Positions 1-9,242 of a stretch of DNA of 64,000 nucleotides are shown piece by piece (position 1 is the first letter of the stretch; each line of letters begins with the position of its first letter). The position numbers were made by a program, and so were the translations under genes. Location: the NCBI GenBank assembly GCA_963845145.1, contig CAWJQU010000002.1, positions 448,001 through 512,000 on the forward strand, given 5' to 3'. The DNA is from an uncultured delta proteobacterium (GTDB lineage Bacteria > Desulfobacterota > Desulfobacteria > Desulfobacterales > QNYZ01). The notes beneath the pieces are model-generated. The model saw nothing but the letters and a program-made list of their open reading frames with translations. It searched no databases and had not been told where the DNA came from.

Positions 1-2
1 AA

Positions 3-563
3 GGTATCGGTGCGTTGTATGTTAAAAAAGGCACTAAATTTTCACCGTTTCTGATCGGCGGCCACCAGGAGCACGGCCGCCGGGGCGGGACTGAGAACAC
101 GGCCTCCATCGTCGCCCTGGGCAAAGCCTGTGAACTGGCCGGACAGCACATTGATGATGAAAATTCCCGTATCAAGGGGCTGAGAGACAAACTGGAAAAT
201 GAATTACTGGCCCGCATTGAAAAAGCATCAATCAACGGCGACCCCACAAACCGCTTACCCAACACGACGAGTATCGGCTTTGACTCGGTTGAAGGGGAAG
301 GCATTTTACTTCTGCTGGATCAATATGGGATCTGTGCGTCATCCGGCTCGGCCTGCACTTCCGGATCGCTTGAACCCTCCCATGTTTTACGAGCCATGGG
401 CGTCCCCTTTACATCGGCCCACGGTTCGATACGATTCAGCCTGAGCCGGTACAATACCGAAGAGCAAATCGATTATATCATTGAACATCTGCCCCCTATT
501 ATCAGCAGGCTTAGAGAGATGTCACCGTTCTGGAAAAAACATCAGTCCGGTCAGACCGGCTAA
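3..563 (+). CDS. nifS: Cysteine desulfurase (NifS/IscS family), 5'-truncated by the window edge
   Basis: GGHQEHGRRGGTEN and the catalytic-Cys motif SSGSACTS..EPSHVL, plus SIRFSLSRYNT; frame is open from the window start (GIGALYV). Confidence 0.93.
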   Translation, partial: GIGALYVKKGTKFSPFLIGGHQEHGRRGGTENTASIVALGKACELAGQHIDDENSRIKGLRDKLENELLARIEKASINGDPTNRLPNTTSIGFDSVEGEGILLLLDQYGICASSGSACTSGSLEPSHVLRAMGVPFTSAHGSIRFSLSRYNTEEQIDYIIEHLPPIISRLREMSPFWKKHQSGQTG

Positions 564-610
564 GTAACCAATAGGGATCAACGTTCGTTCGATGGGGTTG
601 TTATTTCATG

Positions 611-655
611 GGTTGGGCCTGAATATTGGTCTCGTATCGATTAAAAGGCCCAACC
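611..655. terminator. Inverted repeat between convergent nifS and ihfA
   Basis: GGTTGGGCCT (611-620) / AGGCCCAACC (646-655), 10-bp perfect stem; no clear U-tract. Confidence 0.35.
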
Positions 656-745
656 GGGATTTATTATTAGGCACCTCGGTAACAACAGCGTGTTCATGAG
701 GCAAGGGGCTTAGAATAGGCCCAAAAATGGCGGGATGGTTGGTGT

Positions 746-1030
746 CTACTTCGGGTTGATCTTGTTTCGCAACGTCGCCGAGCACCGGAACGTGATGACC
801 CGACGCTTGTCTAACATCATAGAGTCCCCGGTGGCCGGATTGCGGCCTTTACGCTGACTCTTATCCTTGACGCAAAACTTGCCAAAGCCACTGATCAGAA
901 TATCCTCACCTTCTTCCAACGTCGACTTCATAATTTCAAGTAATGTCTCCACCACTTGCCCGGCTTCTTTTTTTGGATATCCGATTTTTTCGTGCACATC
1001 ATTAATGATCTTGGCTTTTGTCAGTGTCAT
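746..1030 (-). CDS. ihfA: Integration host factor subunit alpha
   Basis: 94 aa; MTLTKA, ISGFGKF, GRNPATG, RRVITFR HU/IHF motifs. Confidence 0.9.
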   Translation of the reverse strand: MTLTKAKIINDVHEKIGYPKKEAGQVVETLLEIMKSTLEEGEDILISGFGKFCVKDKSQRKGRNPATGDSMMLDKRRVITFRCSATLRNKINPK

Positions 1031-1288
1031 GGGTACCCTGCTCCTGCGCGATAGTTACATAAAGCTGTCAAGGATGTCGGTGAAAATCCGAAGCCCTGGA
1101 CAAAATTAGATTATTATCAAAAGTCTCAGCCTGTTACCGAACGAAAAGTAATTTTCTCCGACATTATCCATCCAATATTGATTTGTCAAGAAAATATAGA
1201 CCTTATCTAATTTATTGACAATCACCGCTGCGAATAAGTCATCGCACAAATTATCCTGAACAGATTGCCCGGTTTTGTCAAGCCGATT

Positions 1289-1331
1289 TTGTCAATATAG
1301 TTGACAATTTAAATTTTTGTGCCATTATATT
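1289..1331. promoter_or_regulatory. Divergent sigma70-type -35 pair / palindrome TTGTCAA-N5-TTGACAA
   Basis: TTGTCAA 1289-1295 and TTGACAA 1301-1307, followed by an AT-rich -10-like CATTAT/TATATT; lies between divergent ihfA and the 1413 operon. Confidence 0.4.
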
Positions 1332-1412
1332 CACAAGCAATTGATAATTCCTTATAATACGCATTTCGTTCTAATCCACTATTAAAGTAACCGACCAGAA
1401 GAGGTGACAATC

Positions 1413-2591
1413 ATGGGAGTAACAGATCTGATTCAAAGTCCGCTCAAACAGCTTGATAAAGCCGTGAATGCCCTGCGTGATCTGGGCCTGATGCCCACCA
1501 AGCCGGATGAGGCGCCGATCATCACCTTGATTAATCAAATCAGCGATTTGGATCAAGAAAAAGCCGTGGCCATTGCACGCACTTTGAGCCACACGACTAT
1601 TTTTAATGAAGTCGTGCGGGAACAGATTGTTGCCATGAATGTGGGTGAACGCTATGAGGATATCACGCAGGCGTTCAACAGTATCCGCGATGACGCCAAA
1701 AGCATGGTGACCCAGTTGGACGATGGCAAGATAAGCACCATGGAAAAGGTTCAAAACGTGTGGATGAAAGTGACCCGGGGCGATATTCCCAGCCGTTTCC
1801 GAAAAATTAAAAAGACCTTTTTGTCCGTGACCGACGACTCAAAAGATCAAATCGACAGGGAAAATATCATCATCGAAGCTTATAAGGATTTTCGCGGCGC
1901 CCTGAAAGAATCCCAGGTTATGGCCTTTCAGCTACTGAAGAAAGAAGAAGCCGTGTTGGACGAGGCCAAGGCAGCTTTGGAAGCTTCTGCGCAGGCCATA
2001 GAGACCAACACCAACGAAGACCGGGAGCACATCGCCCGTTTGGAGATGACCCGTGATCAAAAATTGCGCGATCTTCAGAATGAGGACAAACGCTACCAAA
2101 TTGCTAAGGATTTGGCCGAAAACCTTTCGATCAGTTATAACACCACAGAGGTCATCATGGCGCGTTTGATGCAATCGACCGCGTTGAAAGAGCGGGTCTA
2201 TTCCCAATCCGTCTCATTTTTCAGTACCAATGAAAGCGTGTTTACCGCTTTAAACGCCTCTTTTACCAGTATGCAGGGACTGCACGAGAGTACCCAGACC
2301 CTGGAATCGATGAAAGAAGGGGTTAATAAAAGCCTGGAAACCCTGGCCGAAGTCGGCGGTAAGGTGCAGGAAGAGGCCCTAAAAGCCGGATATGGTGCCA
2401 CGATCAAGGCCGAATCGGTTAAAAAGCTCATCGACTCAGTGGTCTCTTTTCAGGAAAGATCCATCACCCTGATTGCCGAAATGCGGGAACAGAGCAGCCG
2501 CAATGAAGAGGAAATCAGGCAAGCGGTTGAAGACGGTAAACGGCGGATGGCGGAACTGGCCAACAGTGGGCAAGCAATGATCAATGGCTGA
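1413..2591 (+). CDS. Conserved all-helical coiled-coil protein, TelA/toxic-anion-resistance-like
   Basis: Long ORF with GAGG RBS at 1401 and ATG at 1413; no TM segment; heptad-rich. Family assignment is pattern-based. Confidence 0.65.
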   Translation: MGVTDLIQSPLKQLDKAVNALRDLGLMPTKPDEAPIITLINQISDLDQEKAVAIARTLSHTTIFNEVVREQIVAMNVGERYEDITQAFNSIRDDAKSMVTQLDDGKISTMEKVQNVWMKVTRGDIPSRFRKIKKTFLSVTDDSKDQIDRENIIIEAYKDFRGALKESQVMAFQLLKKEEAVLDEAKAALEASAQAIETNTNEDREHIARLEMTRDQKLRDLQNEDKRYQIAKDLAENLSISYNTTEVIMARLMQSTALKERVYSQSVSFFSTNESVFTALNASFTSMQGLHESTQTLESMKEGVNKSLETLAEVGGKVQEEALKAGYGATIKAESVKKLIDSVVSFQERSITLIAEMREQSSRNEEEIRQAVEDGKRRMAELANSGQAMING

Positions 2592-3666
2592 CACGACGAA
2601 AGCAAAAAAGGTTGATCTACCTGATATCATGCTTGCCATGGATGTTGTCGATACCCTGCGACATCAACAATCCATAGTCACTCGTGAGCTGGATACGGAA
2701 GCCTATGATCGGGCCTTGATCGACAAGGTCCGTAAAATCTACGCCGATCAGGGGCTGAAGGTATCCGACGAGATCATCAATCGAGGCGTGGCGGCCCTAC
2801 GCGAAAATCGGTTTACCTACACTCCGCCAAAATGGCGCCCTAAAATTGCCCTGGCCCGAATGTATGCCAATCGCGGCAAGTGGTCCAAGGTGGGGGCTAT
2901 TGTCGCCGCCTTGGTGCTGGCCGTATGGCTCGTATTTCAATTCGCCGTGGTGGGTCCTGCCAGCCGTGAAAGAACACGTCAGGGGAAACAACTGACCAAT
3001 GTCTGGAAACAGTTTCAAAGTGTTAAAAAATCCAGCCGCCTGGCCCAAGTGGGCGACGGGTTGTATCAACAGGCAAAAGCGGACCTTGAAGGCGGCCGAA
3101 CCGAGGCTGCCTCCAGTGCGATTGCACAATTAACCTCACTGTCAAAATTGCCGGACCAAATCGTTGCTGTGTACACCGGCATAAAAAATGAGGCGCAGGA
3201 GAAGAAAGCCGTCACCACGGCAGATCGTCTTTATCGGGATGCCTTGGCAGCGCTTGATCGTGGCGATGTGGCAACAGCCAAAAAGACCACGAGCACACTT
3301 CAAATGCTGGCCAATCGACTGGCCTCCCAATATACGCTTCGCATCGTTTCTCAACCGAACAAACCCAGTGGGGTCTGGCGTAATCCCCCGAACAACCCCA
3401 ATACACGCAATTATTATATCATTGTGGAAGCCGTAACACCGGACGGTAAACGAATCGCCCTACCCGTTATTAACGAAGAAGATGGAAAAGCCCAAACGGT
3501 CACCACGTGGGGTGTCCGCGTCCCTGATCGTGTGTTCAATCAAATTCGAAGCGACAAGCAGGATAACGGGATAATTGATGAAAATCATTTCGGTGTTAAG
3601 CGACGGGGCTATTTAGCACCGGAGTACCTGTTTCCCACTGCTGGCGGAATGATCACGAAATGGTAG
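2584..3666 (+). CDS. DUF6384-family single-pass membrane protein
   Basis: N-terminal MLAMDVVDTLRH...IYADQG...GVAALRENRFTYTPP; one TM (VGAIVAALVLAVWLVFQFAVV); C-terminal SGVWR..NYYIIVEA..DKQDNGII..G.KRRG..GGMITKW; overlaps the upstream stop. Confidence 0.75.
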   Translation: MADTTKAKKVDLPDIMLAMDVVDTLRHQQSIVTRELDTEAYDRALIDKVRKIYADQGLKVSDEIINRGVAALRENRFTYTPPKWRPKIALARMYANRGKWSKVGAIVAALVLAVWLVFQFAVVGPASRERTRQGKQLTNVWKQFQSVKKSSRLAQVGDGLYQQAKADLEGGRTEAASSAIAQLTSLSKLPDQIVAVYTGIKNEAQEKKAVTTADRLYRDALAALDRGDVATAKKTTSTLQMLANRLASQYTLRIVSQPNKPSGVWRNPPNNPNTRNYYIIVEAVTPDGKRIALPVINEEDGKAQTVTTWGVRVPDRVFNQIRSDKQDNGIIDENHFGVKRRGYLAPEYLFPTAGGMITKW

Positions 3667-3696
3667 GGCACACATGAAGATAAGGAGAATAGGTCA

Positions 3697-5133
3697 ATGT
3701 TGAGCGGTCGCGATTCGCTGGCAATTTTTAACCAACGGATCAATGATGCCCGTGGACAAATCGACGGTGCCCATCATCAATTGAAAACGATTTCAGAGCG
3801 CTTGGCGGTCATTCGCCAAAAGGAGGCGGCCCAGTATCGGGAACTGGCCCGGTTACGATTGGATGAAATTGCCGCGGGGAAGCTCATCAATGGCATAGAT
3901 GGTACGGATCGCGCCGTTTTGCGTCTATTGGCCCAGAAGGTCGAGGCGTTGGATCAGCTAAACAACGATATCGATACGTCCCTGGACCGCCAAAATAGAC
4001 TGAGCGAAAATCGTGAAAATAGAGAAAGTCAGCGGGATGAGGCTTTCGAAACGCTTCAATCTAAAATTGCCGAAACCGAAACACAATTGGAAACCCTCAC
4101 CGCCTATAAAGAGCAAAAAGCCCATTGGCAAACGGCCGTGACACAGTCCCAAAACGCGGATGAAAAAGCCGATCAGGCCGAGACCGATCGCACCGAAAAA
4201 GGCAAGCCGTATGAAAAAGATTCCCTTTTTATGTATCTGTGGCGCCGACGGTACCTGACGCCGGATTATGAAGGGGGATGGTTGACGCGCAGCCTGGATG
4301 GGTGGGTCGCCAAACTCATCGATTTTGAGGAGGCCCGTCCCAATTACTTCATGTTAACCGAACTACCTGTCCGCCTTCGGGAACATGCCGACAGCCTGAA
4401 GCAAAGCGTCGAAGACGAAGCTTCGGCCCTACACGTTCTGGAGGCCGAGGCCGCCGAGAAAAATGGGATCCCCTCGCTTCAAGCATCATTGGATGTGGCT
4501 GAAAAACAATTGCACCAAATTGACGACGATATCGAAAGCGAAGAAAAACAACACGCCGAGTTGTTGCATAGCCGCTCCCTTTATGTCGCCGGTGAAGATG
4601 AATTTTCGAAGCAGGCCATCGAGCTGCAAGTGGGCCAATTAAAACGTAAAACCTTATCCGATCTCTATCGGGACGCCCGGACCACACCCACGCCCAAAGA
4701 CGATGTGGTGGTCACCAGGCTGGGAGAACTGGCCGATGACGAAAAACGATTAAATGGGGATATTGAAGCGCTGAAGTCAACCGAACGACAAAATCAGGGT
4801 GTATTAAAGGAAATGGAGAGACTGCGCGGCTGGTTTCGACGCCAGAACTATGACTCCCATTACTCAAAATTTCCCTCGGGCTTTACGCTGGGCGTCCTGC
4901 TTGACCAACTGCTTCGTGGTGCCTTGTCCGGGGACCGCCTAAGAGAGCGTATTCAGCGGGAACAACAATTCAAGCGCCCCCGAAAACAAAGAAAAGGTGG
5001 CGGCTGGATAGACTTTGATGGCGGTTTTGGCGGCGGTGGCGGCGGTTTTGGTGGCGGTGGCGGATCGGGTGGTGGTTTCGGTGGGGGTTTCGGTTCAAGC
5101 GGCGGCGGTTTTCGAACCGGTGGGGGCTTTTAG
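3697..5133 (+). CDS. Long coiled-coil protein with a Gly/Phe-rich C-terminal tail
   Basis: 478 aa; AGGAG RBS; aromatic core YEKDSLFMYLWRRRY..LDGWVAKLIDF; ends GGGFRTGGGF. Confidence 0.8.
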   Translation: MLSGRDSLAIFNQRINDARGQIDGAHHQLKTISERLAVIRQKEAAQYRELARLRLDEIAAGKLINGIDGTDRAVLRLLAQKVEALDQLNNDIDTSLDRQNRLSENRENRESQRDEAFETLQSKIAETETQLETLTAYKEQKAHWQTAVTQSQNADEKADQAETDRTEKGKPYEKDSLFMYLWRRRYLTPDYEGGWLTRSLDGWVAKLIDFEEARPNYFMLTELPVRLREHADSLKQSVEDEASALHVLEAEAAEKNGIPSLQASLDVAEKQLHQIDDDIESEEKQHAELLHSRSLYVAGEDEFSKQAIELQVGQLKRKTLSDLYRDARTTPTPKDDVVVTRLGELADDEKRLNGDIEALKSTERQNQGVLKEMERLRGWFRRQNYDSHYSKFPSGFTLGVLLDQLLRGALSGDRLRERIQREQQFKRPRKQRKGGGWIDFDGGFGGGGGGFGGGGGSGGGFGGGFGSSGGGFRTGGGF

Positions 5134-5208
5134 GCGACGCCATTTAGCAGCTATCCGGTTTCACTTCCTCAAGAGACCTAATTAAACCGTCTTTAGCCCG
5201 TTCCAGCA

Positions 5209-6321
5209 TTAACCGATGCTTTCTAAATCTTTAAGCAATCCGGTCTCAACCCGACATCTGGCAAAATACCAGTTGCTGTCAGGCCGCATACTCACAATGA
5301 TATGATATCCAGTTGGCACGGTTAGAAAAATCAGCGTATGGGCCTGTGTATGAACAGTCAAGCCCTCGTATTTACCCAACACCTTTTCGCCAAACGTATG
5401 ACTCGACATTGTCACGATCTTCTTCACCGCGACCCGAAGTGGGTCAAAATCAAATTTGCCCGCCGTTTCACTCGCCAATAGATTTCCCTGGCTACTCAAT
5501 ATGGCGATGGCCTGAAATCCTTTGACCTTTTTTAACCCCTCGGCGGCAGTCTTTGCCAACGCACCTAATGATTTTTCAAGACGAACGTCACGACCTGCTT
5601 TTGACTTCTGACCCGCCAACCGCTTGGGCCTCAATTCTTTTTGGTTTGCAGAGGGCCGCTCCCCGAACCAGGCGATGTCAAAGACCTCCATAATGTCGAT
5701 AGTCTCCGAAGGGTTGGGCCTTTTTTTAGGCAGTGCGTCGATTTGCAGCCGAATCCCCTCCCAAGCGGCCATTTCGAGAATCGCCTTTTTCCCTAAAAAT
5801 TTTTGATAGCCCGCACCGATGATCCGCCCGTTGTCAAAATAAATAAATCCCTTTTCTTTTTCTTGTGATTCAATCATAAGGCAACAGGTCTTGCGGCTTT
5901 TCCAAACCAGGGGCAGAAAGCTCCGCATGGAAATCCCTTTGAAAGCGACCCCCTCATCCTTTAAAACCAGACCGACAAAAATCGCCGTTGTTAACGCTTC
6001 CGGGCTGACGGGCTTTTCAATGTGATAGAGAATATCCTGACGATCCGGTTTTTCCCTGAACCAAGGAACCCCATGCTCCGACATGACAATGCATGGCGTC
6101 TCGGGATGGGTTCGGCTCATATGGGCTAAAAGTTCAATCCCATCAAACTTGGGGATATCGATTCCTGTGCAAAAGACATTGATATCCCCCTTATTAAGAA
6201 TGCTGATTGCCTTTTCTCCATCGGATGAGATGGCAACATCAAAGTTATAAATAACCTTAAACCACTCCTGAAAAGTGATCAATTCTTTAGGATTGTTATC
6301 CACAACAAGTACATTCTTCAT
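5209..6321 (-). CDS. Atypical receiver + DUF4388/PATAN-like + roadblock-like domain protein
   Basis: NVLVVDNN..DGIELL..IEKPV receiver fold; KTCCLMI..GFIYFDNGRIIGA..G.KAILEMAAW DUF4388 pattern; C-terminal LKKVKGFQAIAILSSQGNLLA. Confidence 0.7.
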   Translation of the reverse strand: MKNVLVVDNNPKELITFQEWFKVIYNFDVAISSDGEKAISILNKGDINVFCTGIDIPKFDGIELLAHMSRTHPETPCIVMSEHGVPWFREKPDRQDILYHIEKPVSPEALTTAIFVGLVLKDEGVAFKGISMRSFLPLVWKSRKTCCLMIESQEKEKGFIYFDNGRIIGAGYQKFLGKKAILEMAAWEGIRLQIDALPKKRPNPSETIDIMEVFDIAWFGERPSANQKELRPKRLAGQKSKAGRDVRLEKSLGALAKTAAEGLKKVKGFQAIAILSSQGNLLASETAGKFDFDPLRVAVKKIVTMSSHTFGEKVLGKYEGLTVHTQAHTLIFLTVPTGYHIIVSMRPDSNWYFARCRVETGLLKDLESIG

Positions 6322-6700
6322 ATGGCCACCCTTTTGGTTGCCCCGATTTAAAATTAAATTAATGTGTTACTATTTAGAATCTCCGGTCTATTTCCGGATA
6401 TCAAGATCTTCATATATAATATGGGCATGGGAATCAAGGGAGATGCCCCGAACCATGGGCAATCGTATTTTATCTTTCACAGTCGCACGAAACCCCATCA
6501 TGGATGTGCTTTTTCAAGGGCATTCGCTATAAATAATCACACTTTAGAGATTTTTACTTACGATTACCCTGGATAAAAGCGTTTTACCTCTTGAAACCCT
6601 ATCCACTTTTTGAGATGATATTAATATTCAAAAATATCATCAGGGGGTTAGGAAAATTTCATTCCACCCCAAACATCAACCATCAGGCTGTGCCGATAAA

Positions 6701-7780
6701 TTGACGAAATCAATCTCCCCAGCGTCCCCACAACCGGAAGAATCCCTCGCTCAGCTAAACCGGGAACTGAACTTTTTATACCGCGCCGGACAGGTAATCA
6801 ATTCAAGTTTAAATATCGATCAAGTGATGGCTTCATTGGTAAAAGAAGTACGTCACCTTATGGGCGTCGTGGGATGCTCGGTGTGGCTGGTCAGTGAAAA
6901 CAGAAAAGAGATCTATTGTCTTCAAGCCACGGGCACGAAGAGTGATTTGGTTCGCGGCTGGCGGTTGCCGATGGGAAATGGTGTGGTGGGCTGGATTGCA
7001 AAAAATGAAAAAGGTACGCTGATAAAAGATACACGCAAAGATGACCGACATTTTAAAAATGTGGATAAGCATACCGGTCTCGAAATCCGTTCAATCCTTG
7101 GCGTTCCTATTCGTTTTAAGGATAAGACGGTGGGCGTGGTTCAGGTGGTTGATACCATTCCGGACCGTTTCAGGAACCGACAGTTGACGCTGTTGACTGG
7201 ACTGGCGGCTAGTGCTGGTGTGGCCATAAGCAACGCCATGCTGTACGACCTGACCCAGCAGGAAATCGTCGCACGTAAAAAGACCGAGAAAAAACTTCGA
7301 AAAAGTGAAGCGGAATTGAAAATTAATTCCGAGAACTTAGAAGAGATGAATACGGCCCTGAAAGTCCTGCTTAAAAAAAGAGGTGAAGATAAAAAACAAA
7401 TGGAAGAGCAGGTTCTGGTCAACGTTCGCAGACTGATCACCCCGTATCTTGAAAAGCTCAAAACAACGGCGTTAAATGAGGATCAAACGGCCCTGTCGGA
7501 AATTATCGAAGGCAATTTGAAAGATGTGGTGTCGCCTTTTACCTATCGCCTGACCATGGGGCACCTCGGTGTCACACGACGCGAGTTTGATATCGCCGGT
7601 CTTGTTCGGCGTGGCCGTAAAAACAAAGAAATTGCCAAATTATTAAATATAACGCGACGAACCGCGGAAACCCACCGCCGCAATCTGCGCGTCAAACTCG
7701 GTATCGACAACCGAAAGATTAACTTGAGATCTTATCTCATGGGAATGGCGGGAAACCAAGAGAAAAAGTTTTTTCAGTAA
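6701..7780 (+). CDS. GAF-domain LuxR-family transcriptional regulator
   Basis: GAF (GVVGWIA..RSILGVPI..VGVVQVV), coiled coil LEEMNTALKVLL, HTH (TRREFDIA..GRKNKEIA..HRRNLRVKLG). Confidence 0.85.
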   Translation: MTKSISPASPQPEESLAQLNRELNFLYRAGQVINSSLNIDQVMASLVKEVRHLMGVVGCSVWLVSENRKEIYCLQATGTKSDLVRGWRLPMGNGVVGWIAKNEKGTLIKDTRKDDRHFKNVDKHTGLEIRSILGVPIRFKDKTVGVVQVVDTIPDRFRNRQLTLLTGLAASAGVAISNAMLYDLTQQEIVARKKTEKKLRKSEAELKINSENLEEMNTALKVLLKKRGEDKKQMEEQVLVNVRRLITPYLEKLKTTALNEDQTALSEIIEGNLKDVVSPFTYRLTMGHLGVTRREFDIAGLVRRGRKNKEIAKLLNITRRTAETHRRNLRVKLGIDNRKINLRSYLMGMAGNQEKKFFQ

Positions 7781-8627
7781 CCTGATCAGCCGCCCTGCCT
7801 GTCTGTGTTCTGTCTAAAAGCGTTACGATGATATTATCGATCAGACGGATCCTATGGCGAAAATAAGCGATGGATTCAGCCGGCGCCCGAACCCCGGTCA
7901 ACATCAATGTTTCCATATTTGCCTGCCGCAGTAACCTTTCAAATTTGGCAGCTTGCTGCAACCCATCAATCATTCGCTCTTTTTCCTGCGTCAAGGCCGT
8001 AAAAAACGAACGTTTCGGTTTTTGGCTTAAGAAGTCTACGCAAAATTCAAAATATTCCCAGAAAACCGCATTCATATTGTGATAAACACTTAAAAAATCA
8101 CATAAAAAGTGAACCCCTGTTTTATCAAGATCCAAAGCGGCATTCCGTAAACGAACGCTTACCAGGGATCGCCGGCTCTTAGGTATATTTTCTCCGATGG
8201 CATGACGAAGCAGTTGCGGTGTTTGCCAGGTAATATTCAAACGGCTGATTAGCCGACGCAATTCGGATGGCGATGGAATAACTCGGATATGCTCATTAAG
8301 GGCCGGCAGATGGACAACGATGATAGGCTCAACAGCCATGAGAAAATGGCTCACATTTTGTTCATCCGCACATGTAAACCGGACACGGTAAAGATGGGGT
8401 TCTAACGCAACCTGAAAGGTTTCATCGGGAAATAATAGCAGGTCCACCAGTGAATCCCGTTCGACATGAGACGGGTCGGATATCACTTTTCTCACTAAAT
8501 CTGCCGATGGATTGGAAAAGGTTGATGCCAGATATGAATCGACATGGTCATCCGCCATCAACCCTCTATCCAGAAGGGTGGCGATCTTTGCAGCCAACAA
8601 GCGACAACGGTCATCATTCATGGGCAC
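7737..8627 (-). CDS. Hypothetical protein
   Basis: 296-aa ORF filling the gap downstream of trxC; no recognised motif. Confidence 0.65.
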   Translation of the reverse strand: MPMNDDRCRLLAAKIATLLDRGLMADDHVDSYLASTFSNPSADLVRKVISDPSHVERDSLVDLLLFPDETFQVALEPHLYRVRFTCADEQNVSHFLMAVEPIIVVHLPALNEHIRVIPSPSELRRLISRLNITWQTPQLLRHAIGENIPKSRRSLVSVRLRNAALDLDKTGVHFLCDFLSVYHNMNAVFWEYFEFCVDFLSQKPKRSFFTALTQEKERMIDGLQQAAKFERLLRQANMETLMLTGVRAPAESIAYFRHRIRLIDNIIVTLLDRTQTGRAADQVTEKTFSLGFPPFP

Positions 8628-8659
8628 TGTTCATAGATGGATACGACAATCCGAAACCA

Positions 8660-9115
8660 CTAGAGAAATGCGGCCAATTTTTGAGCAATATGCGGTTTGG
8701 GCAACGCACCAACCAGGGTATCCTTTAATCGTCCGCCATCAAAAACGAGAAGCGTCGGAAGACTGCGCAGGTCGTACCGCGCGGATAGCAGCGGGTTGGC
8801 TTCCACGTTGAGCTTGCCCACACGGATTCGTCCTTTCCAATCACGGGCCAACTCTTCGATCACCGGACTGACCATCGTACAGGCGCTACACCAAGCAGCC
8901 CAGCAATCCAAAAGCACCGGCAACGGGGATTTGATGACCATGGCTTCAAAATTACCGTCGGTAACCATTACCGGTTGGGGGATGAACAGCGCTTTGGTGT
9001 CCAAAGCCGCTTTGCATTTACCGCATTTACCCATGGACCCTGCCTTTTCAGCCGGGATCCGATTTTTTGTCAAGCAATGTGCGCATCGAAAAGTAAGGGG
9101 TTTACCATTGGACAT
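8660..9115 (-). CDS. trxC: Thioredoxin 2-like protein with N-terminal Zn finger
   Basis: CAHC..CGKC Zn site followed by a Trx fold with WCSAC and SLPTL. Confidence 0.85.
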   Translation of the reverse strand: MSNGKPLTFRCAHCLTKNRIPAEKAGSMGKCGKCKAALDTKALFIPQPVMVTDGNFEAMVIKSPLPVLLDCWAAWCSACTMVSPVIEELARDWKGRIRVGKLNVEANPLLSARYDLRSLPTLLVFDGGRLKDTLVGALPKPHIAQKLAAFL

Positions 9116-9242
9116 TTTCTAACTCCATTCAACATTCCGATTGTAAAATCAAATAATAACGGCAATATAACCAATTTATGCCGAGCAAGCACGCTCATAC
9201 GAAATAGGAATTCCCGCAAAAACATATCATAAAAAGACCCTT

